Of a stretch of 39,110 nt of DNA, positions 33,201 through 39,110 are shown piece after piece (position 1 is the first letter of the stretch; every line of letters starts with the position of its first letter). Origin of the DNA: Candidatus Aminicenantales bacterium (GTDB lineage Bacteria; Acidobacteriota; Aminicenantia; Aminicenantales; Saccharicenantaceae). The stretch covers positions 1 through 39,110 of the forward strand of contig JBGSUG010000405.1 in NCBI GenBank assembly GCA_041736225.1. The letters are read 5' to 3'. The notes beneath the pieces were generated by a model. The model had not been told where the DNA came from. It made no database searches and saw only the letters and a list, made by a program, of their open reading frames with translations. The position numbers were made by a program, and so were the translations under genes.

Positions 33201-35511
33201 GCTCAGCTTTCTTGCCAGTTAGCTCGCGATTAAGCCTGTCTATCCGAGCTCGGTCTAATGGGTTGGCTTTGCAGAGTTGGGTTTCATACCACTTTATTAC
33301 CCCACCTATGTCATCAACGACCCCATCCGATGTTTGTTCCCTTGCCGTCCTCGCAATTGCGGCGCGGATGAGTGCTATCTCATGTTGCCGAGTGAGGAGC
33401 GGGCCGAGCCGCGCGGCAGCGCGTCTGGAATCGCTGAAACAAAGTAAGCGGCGACCCTGCGCGGGCTTCCAGTGTCGAGATGCATCTTGATAGGGAGGGA
33501 GGTTATGAAGCACGGTTTCGGCTACAACCGATAAAGCAAAAGGACGGCCTCCGACCAGTGGCCCGCAATTCTTCTGGAAATTGTAGGAAACATCGGAGTC
33601 GAATGATGGAGTCCACTCCGACAGGCAACTAGGGCAGCACTGGAGGTCCCGTTTTTCTTTGAGCACAGGAGCTTTCCATAGAGACTTGCCCGTGGCGCCG
33701 TGGCCCAAGCGTTTTCCAGTCAGCGTATCAATCATCATCTCTCCGCCGGCCACCAGGGTATCGCCTTGGATTACTCTAGGGCTATTAAGCAAATAGAAGG
33801 TTTGCTTGCTCATGGAGGGTGAATAATATGCTTGCTCTAGAATAGGGAGGTCTTCTGATTCATGGCCAGCCATAGCCCATTCGCCGCAGTTCTGGCAACG
33901 GTGTATGGGGAGAGTAAGATGCTTGCAATAACGGCACCTATCGGTATTCGCTTGCACGCAGCCAAGACCGTCTAAATGTGTGCTTGATGGACCAGTGCAT
34001 GATGCATTTAAGCAGACTGACAGACCTCCTGGGGCACGTACAAGAAAGTGAAGCCTGTGGGGAATTAGCGGCATATCGCCGGCGGAATCCCTTGCAGCCG
34101 CCGAGAGACGCAAAAGCAAGACGGTTGCTGCGCGAGAATTAGGTCGTGCTGCACGCGGAAACAGCTGTTCGGCAAGGCTGTCGATATTCAGGACCCGCCT
34201 GTCACCGGTCAAGAGCAGGCCGGCCAATCGCCGAACGAGAGGTGCTTGACGTAATGATTTATAGAGGAATCGAGCAGGTACAGTGGGATGAGATGTTATG
34301 GCCATCTCCATTGTATCCTTCGGCACAAGGAGCGATACGATTTTTCGGAGCGAGGTCATCTCATCGGCTGGGGCATCATCGGCTAACATTCCATCTGGGG
34401 TTAGTGTAGTCAGCTCCATCTGACTGAAAGATGCTAGTAAGTTAGCAGATGGTTCTTCGAGTGGGGGGGTCTCAATCTCACCCAAGTCTGGTTTTCCAGG
34501 CCGGCCATGAAAAGTATACGTTGTGTTTTCACTCGTTGAGAACAATGTAGATGCATACTTTATTAATTCTTGGTCAGTCCCGCCTAGAGTGGCTGAGGTG
34601 GTGATTTGTAGGATGTCCTCAGCTTGGAGGCCGCAGCGGTCCCTTACACGCCTAAGGAGCATGGTTATTTCGGCTGCTAACGCACCTGTATAAAGATGAG
34701 CCTCATCCAGCACGATGCAACGCAAATCAGGGCCAAAGAAGCATGCATCCTGTGGACGGCATAACATGTACTCAAGCATCGAATAGTTGGTTATAACGAT
34801 GTCTGGCACATGGCCGAGACCGAATGCCCCAACAAGTCGACCCTCATGTGTCTCCCGGCCGCGGGCTTCCTGGCGGGTCCTCATCCTGCACGGCTCCCAT
34901 ACCGGCTCTCCCCGCTGGTTGGCCCGTCGTGAGTCTTCTGGAGTCTCGCTTGTGAAATGGAAGACGGTAAGACGGTTCTGCCCCTTTAGCCAGCCATATA
35001 TTCGTTCTACCTGGTCAGCTATAAGCGCGTTCATAGGATAAAGGATTAGTACGCGCATGCCCCCATGGCTGCGTCTTGCGGGCGCCTTATAAAGGTCACT
35101 AAGCAATGGGAACAGGAAAGCTTCAGTCTTTCCCTGGCCTGTTCCTGCTGTGATGACTAATGCCGGCTTCTTTCCCTCGGGTTGTGCAGCAGCCCGTAGA
35201 GCTCCGACTTGATGCACATAGAGAGGTTGGTTAGTAGGGAAAGCACCATTAGCAGTAATTAGGGTGCATAGGTCCTTGGGGAACACTCCTTTTTCGGCAA
35301 GGGCACTCAACGTATCAGGCGATTTTTCGCTGGGCAAAGTCCCTTCCACCCAAAGTTCGCTGACCAGAGCATCGGCGGTTTCTCCCTCAGCCCATATTTT
35401 GCGCAGGACTCCTGCAACTGCGAGGTCACGGATGTAATTCTCTGTTACAGCAAGGTCTACAAGCCGGTCGCGCACGTACCCGGTCATCTGTAACGCATCG
35501 ACATAGCTCAT
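30274..35511 (-). CDS. Large SF2 DEAD/DEAH helicase with DUF1998 (Druantia DruE-like)
   Basis: AGTGQGKTE, YPMNAL, TNYSMLEYML, DEAH, TSATLG, EHSAQL, TTTMELGVDIG, QRAGRAGRR, several CxxC motifs and C-terminal DUF1998 (FDTSPGGTG...C..AC.DC). 1745 aa. Confidence 0.88.
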   Translation of the reverse strand: MSYVDALQMTGYVRDRLVDLAVTENYIRDLAVAGVLRKIWAEGETADALVSELWVEGTLPSEKSPDTLSALAEKGVFPKDLCTLITANGAFPTNQPLYVHQVGALRAAAQPEGKKPALVITAGTGQGKTEAFLFPLLSDLYKAPARRSHGGMRVLILYPMNALIADQVERIYGWLKGQNRLTVFHFTSETPEDSRRANQRGEPVWEPCRMRTRQEARGRETHEGRLVGAFGLGHVPDIVITNYSMLEYMLCRPQDACFFGPDLRCIVLDEAHLYTGALAAEITMLLRRVRDRCGLQAEDILQITTSATLGGTDQELIKYASTLFSTSENTTYTFHGRPGKPDLGEIETPPLEEPSANLLASFSQMELTTLTPDGMLADDAPADEMTSLRKIVSLLVPKDTMEMAITSHPTVPARFLYKSLRQAPLVRRLAGLLLTGDRRVLNIDSLAEQLFPRAARPNSRAATVLLLRLSAAARDSAGDMPLIPHRLHFLVRAPGGLSVCLNASCTGPSSTHLDGLGCVQANTDRCRYCKHLTLPIHRCQNCGEWAMAGHESEDLPILEQAYYSPSMSKQTFYLLNSPRVIQGDTLVAGGEMMIDTLTGKRLGHGATGKSLWKAPVLKEKRDLQCCPSCLSEWTPSFDSDVSYNFQKNCGPLVGGRPFALSVVAETVLHNLPPYQDASRHWKPAQGRRLLCFSDSRRAAARLGPLLTRQHEIALIRAAIARTAREQTSDGVVDDIGGVIKWYETQLCKANPLDRARIDRLNRELTGKKAELARVIAGIPFDEFARLLAERPEVKHILHRETGERHRADSFGQTDWEKNTSEVQKHAQGLLSSEVDRPIKGRVHVEATGLVEVTYPGIDELVLPARLEAELPSENVRRQIQSCWSDFLHLLLDSLRFDLCIGWSEGDVGEGRLWMGKSFLTGRWATRRYAGWRAHAFVGATVGQRRRTFAVNVLREAGCISSILEQLSGTMLEAAFDQLFTTLSIRSWLETKEHLQVSPERSDKALRLKLDMLSLRRPSLLFRCQETGTVWTRSALGWTWIEGCRGHLKRTSEGELDMDPRWGRPRRELLGSQYFAEGLWGEEHSAQLNPQENRRLQELFKHGIRNILSSTTTMELGVDIGGLNGVLLGNVPPGPANHRQRAGRAGRRSDGSAVVVTFARDSEFDREVFLRFESFITKELRKPTVFLDRTRIVQRHLQAILLSEFMRPTQPGRTGTMEAFGRMDGFCGQINLPSWWSRGEKPSWNPQKTGYADDFIAFLRGLEGNPAGINVRLAEIAEATPFEKLATAAGWKSFVAAARNVFDIALTEWREEVAQLKDAWDEIPTNPADQRSQEMAKASSILYQARLLCDISVIEWLADHQFLPRYGFPINLQRLTVRSHEEEHDNSHKRPGERYKLERGSLLALSEYVPGSCVLVGGRVAHSRGVAKHWTDANKDRALGLDELAITCTQGHVYLRRSVDEICPTCQSPRAKYEKLLFPRYGYTTAAWEPMEREISFERVGESKAYPIAFTEVDSTEEVRADFGGVKGLEAKCREGAELLIRNSGENSLGFALCTRCGYADSEKERDQEGIMHLPKYFDEHASIFSEDPAKPCWPRHGGGQPAVLRNRVIAAREMTDMLLMQWPGVIAHRPKQAFSLARALIMAGTRLLELDRRELDMALVPLVYPQTGIVIFDTSPGGTGHCSELLATGCEWIKMARDILFVNEKHDQTCIKACIDCILDFSGQHSAHMLDRKSALELLDICLQA

Positions 35512-36360
35512 CTTGCCGCTCCTCGGCTATGCATCCTCCTTAAGAGCACTCTTGTTGCAAGATATCTTTGACCGTCCTCGTGGCCAAGAATCAGCAGCAT
35601 GTCACGGTTTGTCTGCTCAGGCAACGTCATGACAGGATGCTCAAGCCAGGAAAGAATAGAGTCCGTCAAGTCTTCTAGGTGGACTCCGCTGAATGCGCAA
35701 TATTCTAAAGCGTTTCGCTTTAAGCCAGCCAGCCTGCGTGATGCAAGTCCGTCAAATTGGTCCACTTCAATCCCCAAGAGCGATGAAATCGCTTTGCGTA
35801 AAGCAGATTCTCCCGCGGATGCGAGCCTGTCCGATATCCACCATAGAAGCGGTAGCGAATACCTCCTAATACCATCAACCGAATTCAGTAAAGCCTCATA
35901 GGTAAGTGGCTCTTTACCGGTTATTAGTCCCACTGCTTGGGAACAGAAGCCCGAATGTGGACGCCAACGGCTAATGAACTCACGGATGATTGTGTCGTAT
36001 CCGAGCTCATGGTCGAGTTTCTGAACGTCGGAGGGAAGGCCCTTATCCTGTAGCCAAGCATCTAGAAAAGCAGATGGATTTGCTTGAGTGAGTGGCTTAA
36101 ACCAGGACATTATTTCAGTTTGGATTACTGGCAGACGCAACCATCTGGCAGCAGCAAAGAAAGCAGTTGTGGGTTGGAAATTATAATCGAGTAGCCGTTC
36201 ATTCCACCAATAGGCGCCACACCACGACCCTTGCCAAGTCACGGCTATAGCGAAAATATGAGGAGGGATAACTACTCGCCAGTCTGCGCTTTTTGTCGCA
36301 GTAATCAGTTTTTCAGATGGCAGCCACTCCAATTCTGACCGTCCGTTAGGGCGAGGTACC
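35508..36360 (-). pseudogene. 5'-truncated partner gene of the helicase (DruH-like position), open frame now entering from the IS3 end
   Basis: ATGA overlap with the helicase start. The first 28 codons of track ORF 35508-36443 lie inside the IS3 right end (IHLQKAPQLSKEWGEGQ). Confidence 0.65.
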
Positions 36361-36532
36361 TGACCCTCTCCCCATTCTTTGGACAGTTGAGGGGCTTTCT
36401 GAAGGTGGATCGAAAGCCTGCCTCGTGTGACCATTTTATCCATTTTGGAGCTCTGATTCCATTTTTACTGTGAACATCGAAGATCCGGCTTCGCCATTTG
36501 CCCTAGGAACGTCGATCCCACTTCGGCCCATG

Positions 36533-37387
36533 CTAAACCATGGCCCCCGAAGCCGGCGCCAACGCCGCCCGCGTTCCAAAATAGACTTCGTGCGGCGTCC
36601 GGTAACCCAGCCCCTCGTGCGGCCGCTCGGTGTTGTAAAACTCAAAATAATCCGAGAGCTGGGCCCGGGCCGCCGGGACCGTCTGGTAGTCGTGAAGATA
36701 CACCTCCTCGTACTTGACCGAACGCCACAGCCGTTCGACGAAGATGTTGTCGTACACCCGGCCCCGTCCATCCATGCTGATTTTGATCCCTGCGTCTTCC
36801 AGAAGGCCCGTGAAATCCAGGCTCGTGAACTGCGGCCCCTGGTCCGTGTTGAATATCTCTGGCTTCGAGATCCCGAGGGCCCGCCGCAGCGCCTCCAGAC
36901 AGAAGCCGGCGTCCAGCGTCGTCGAAAGCTCCCAGGAGATGACATACCGGCTGTACCAGTCCAGGATCGCCATGAGATAGACGAATCCGTGAGTAAGACG
37001 GACGTAGGTGATATCGGTCGCCCACGCCTGATCCGGCCGGTCAACCGTAACTCCTTTCAAAAGATAGGGATAAACCTTGTGGTCAGGCCCATTGGCCGAC
37101 AATCTCGGCTTCGGATAGATCGCCTCCAACCCCATCACCCGCATCAACCGCCGGACCCGCTTAGGATTGACTCCGTAGCCCAGTCTACGCAGGCTGGCCG
37201 TCATCCGCGGCACCCCATAGAACGGGCGCTTCGTGAACTGTTCATCAATCAGTCGCATGAGCGCCAGGTTATGGGCGTCCTCGCCCACGGGCTGATAATA
37301 AAACGTCGAGCGCGGCAGTTCGAGCAATCCGCATTGCCGGACAACCGGCATCGCCGCCGAATCCTTTTCCACTTCCGCCCGCTTCAC
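36533..37387 (-). CDS. IS3 transposase OrfB (DDE integrase core)
   Basis: WATDITY, FNTDQGPQFTS, DNIFVERLWRSVKYE, YNTERPH. Confidence 0.95.
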   Translation of the reverse strand: MKRAEVEKDSAAMPVVRQCGLLELPRSTFYYQPVGEDAHNLALMRLIDEQFTKRPFYGVPRMTASLRRLGYGVNPKRVRRLMRVMGLEAIYPKPRLSANGPDHKVYPYLLKGVTVDRPDQAWATDITYVRLTHGFVYLMAILDWYSRYVISWELSTTLDAGFCLEALRRALGISKPEIFNTDQGPQFTSLDFTGLLEDAGIKISMDGRGRVYDNIFVERLWRSVKYEEVYLHDYQTVPAARAQLSDYFEFYNTERPHEGLGYRTPHEVYFGTRAALAPASGAMV

Positions 37388-37683
37388 CGCGACAGGAGCT
37401 TCTGTGATTTTTTTTTAAGCCACTCCAGCTCCATCTTGAGCTGGCCGATCTGCTGGTACAGATCCGCCTCGATCTCCTCCCGCGCTCTCTCCTGCTGCGG
37501 CCGGCGGCTCGAAAAAAGCTCGGGCAACTGCTCCATCAGATGGTTCCGCCACTGCCGGATCTGGTTGGGATGGACCCCGTACTCGCTGGCGATCTGGGCG
37601 ATCGTCTTCTCCCCTTTGGCCGCTTCAAAAGCCACTTTGGCCTTGAAGGCCCCGTCGTACGTCTTCCTCATTCTCGAAAGCAT
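37384..37683 (-). CDS. IS3 transposase OrfA (HTH)
   Basis: FKAKVAFEA...IASEYGVHPNQIRQW...LYQQIGQLKMELEWLKKK. AGGAGG RBS before ATG 37683. Confidence 0.92.
   Translation of the reverse strand: MLSRMRKTYDGAFKAKVAFEAAKGEKTIAQIASEYGVHPNQIRQWRNHLMEQLPELFSSRRPQQERAREEIEADLYQQIGQLKMELEWLKKKSQKLLSR
37408..37416 (-). other. A9 slippery site for -1 frameshift giving OrfAB
   Basis: Minus strand CTT AAA AAA AAA TCA. The -1 frame (ATC ACA GAA GCT...GTG AAG) runs into OrfB. Confidence 0.8.
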
Positions 37684-38115
37684 ACCATACCTCCTTTTGA
37701 GATATGGCAGGCTCAAAATCCACTTATCCCCCCTGTCCAGTTTTTGGGGAGTAGCTCAAAAGACCAATAATTAAGCCTAAACTTATCACTCCCTCAATTG
37801 CTTTTTCAAGCAGGCAGATAACCCTTTGAATCGATCTAATTATTAGGAATTAAAAAAACTATAGAGGCTATTTCACGGACATAAAACGAAAATCTGCATT
37901 GGCGCGGGGAGTGGCAAGAGGGCGGCCGGGTGTTGCCAGTTTTTTTCTGCCCAGATTGCAGTCTGGATTAGCTCAAAGCAACTGGACAGACCTCTCCCTA
38001 TGTGACACGCCGGTGTGACCGGAGGGGCTGAAAACCGCTGAATCTAGGGGTCTGTAGCTGAAAAGACTAAATCACGGAAGACGCTGGATTATCAGGGGAA
38101 ACGGGGTTATTTCGG

Positions 38116-38149
38116 TGGTGGAGCTGACCAGTATCGAATTGGCGACCTC
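38116..38149 (-). other. Degenerate tRNA(Ala-like) 3' fragment, att-site scar
   Basis: Minus strand GAGGTCGCCAATTCGATACTGGTCAGCTCCACCA gives a T-arm, acceptor 3' strand and ACCA. No 5' half. Confidence 0.6.
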
Positions 38150-38207
38150 GATGAGTCGGATCACACGTCGAGCCTTGCTTTTGATCTCATATGACCTGAT
38201 TGCCTAA

Positions 38208-38432
38208 TTACAGCTCGAACTTATCTTCCTCTACTTTTCTTGCCGAAAAAAGGGCCTTTGCCTTTTCTAGCTTCTCTTGAAGAGCACAAAATACCTTTTC
38301 TATTTCTTCATCAGTATATTGATAACTGGGGCCAGAAAGCCTCCCCAGCCGCTCTATCGCTCTTATGACAGAGCGCACTCTGCCAGTTGCGACTCTCTTA
38401 AACCTATCGTGTTTACTTTCGCTATTGGACAT
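38208..38432 (-). CDS. Small conserved helical protein of a type often found beside R-M loci
   Basis: ESKHDRFKRVATGRV...LGRLS...YQYTDEEIEKVF. AGGAGG RBS. Confidence 0.75.
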   Translation of the reverse strand: MSNSESKHDRFKRVATGRVRSVIRAIERLGRLSGPSYQYTDEEIEKVFCALQEKLEKAKALFSARKVEEDKFEL

Positions 38433-38445
38433 TCTCTCCTCCTTA

Positions 38446-38980
38446 TTACCTATCTCCCGCTAGCCTATTAGCGGCGGCTGGGTATTTCCATATTTCCAGC
38501 GCTTTTTCGCAGATGACCTTCTGTCTTTTAAGAATCGCGTCTTCGTTCCATTCCTCCAGCGAATCAAAGAATTTATTCAATTCAAAATGACTCTCTTTTA
38601 GGATCGCCTTTTTTTCATTAAAAGGCTTCGTATACAAGTTTTGGTTATATCCTGTTAAGGTCAGGTTAGCCAAAGTGTGCAAATATTTGGAGTGAATCTC
38701 TTTGTACCTTTCTCCCAGCATAGTTTTCCATTCACTTGGGAGTGCCCCTGGGTCATCATTTACCTTTGGCATTATGTGCTCTATACTTATAGAATCTCCC
38801 GCTGGGTCAACAGGCTCTTTATGGCTATATGAGGCTTCTATTGCTTCTAATACCAAGCTACATTTCTCTGCACCGCTTCTATAAATGGGGAATGACTTTA
38901 ATCCTTGAATAAAGATATCATTATCTGGCCAATCTTTTAAAAGAATTGACTTCATTGATTCAACAAAGTGCTGGTGTATG
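38446..38980 (-). pseudogene. GmrSD-type (DUF262-DUF1524) endonuclease, C-terminal DUF1524/HNH part, apparently interrupted upstream
   Basis: WPDNDIF, SIEHIMP, LHTLANLTL...N, F.EKK, W....I..R. Upstream of about 38980 the frame reads through an IS-like end. Confidence 0.75.
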
Positions 38981-39110
38981 GTGATGTTCGCAACTTGGCA
39001 TAGGAGGTGGGCCATCGTAAACTCTCTTCGAGTGCAAAATCGAATGAGAGGAGGACTTTTACTACGATGGCCCAGCAGCATTATAGGACACACTTCAAGA
39101 AGGCGCTATT
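38981..39110 (+). mobile_element. Probable left end of an IS256-like element with transposase start (MAQQHYRTHFKKAL...)
   Basis: Hairpin GGGCCATCGTA (39009-19) / TACGATGGCCC (39063-73) sequesters GGAGG and ATG 39067. GATGTTCGCAACTT end-like motif. Exact end and family uncertain. Confidence 0.5.

Larger units (their letters stand above)
36361..37758 (-). mobile_element. IS3-family insertion sequence (1398 bp)
   Basis: TG...CA ends with 26-bp imperfect IRs (TGACCCTCTCCCCATTCTTTGGACAG vs TGAGCTACTCCCCAAAAACTGGACAG, 18/26 identical). orfA/orfB organisation. No target duplication (TACC | AAAG). Confidence 0.9.
27655..39110. mobile_element. Genomic/defence island at the 3' end of tRNA-Leu (continues beyond window)
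   Basis: Abrupt drop in GC and loss of host codon bias right after the tRNA. att-arm-like sequence and tandem repeats, defence-type cargo and IS elements. No integrase seen in the window. Confidence 0.8.

Noticed and set aside
30274-35511. DISARM (DrmA/DrmB) assignment for the helicase
   Set aside because: DISARM splits helicase and DUF1998 into separate genes with drmC/D/E and a methylase. Here they are fused in one DruE-sized protein and no such partners are visible.
36436-37774. ORFs 36436-37044, 36470-37774 and 36642-37025
   Set aside because: Alternative-frame or antisense readings of the IS3 transposase.
38116-38149. Possible third functional tRNA
   Set aside because: Only a mismatched T-arm and acceptor 3' strand are present, with no D-arm or anticodon arm. 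Treated as an att scar.

Overview
The window has three blocks. (1) About 1-6350 is a deltaproteobacterial (Desulfobulbaceae-like) block: argJ 5' end, cardiolipin synthase, a metallophosphoesterase, an ODP-like di-iron MBL protein with an atypical receiver-DUF4388 partner, ppk2 and the 3' tail of secA. (2) About 6350-27654 is a very GC-rich housekeeping block with a different codon style (Acidobacteriota/Aminicenantia-like, by inference): secA, an exported kinase-like protein, feoAB, uvrC, an S10 peptidase, uvrB, bactofilin, tRNA-Gly, a lipoate ligase, two divergent ECF sigma/anti-sigma operons (one with an HtrA lacking the catalytic His/Asp), trmH and tRNA-Leu. The switch between blocks 1 and 2 falls inside a conserved secA motif, which suggests a chimeric join. 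(3) 27655 to the end is a lower-GC island at tRNA-Leu(CAA). It holds small Zn-ribbon, DUF2513 and DUF4160 genes, a type IIG R-M scar, and a 1745-aa Druantia-DruE-like helicase-DUF1998 whose coupled partner gene has lost its 5' end at an IS3. It also has a degenerate tRNA 3' att scar and a GmrSD-like DUF1524 nuclease apparently cut by an IS256-like element. All family and taxon calls come from motif recognition by eye, not database searches.
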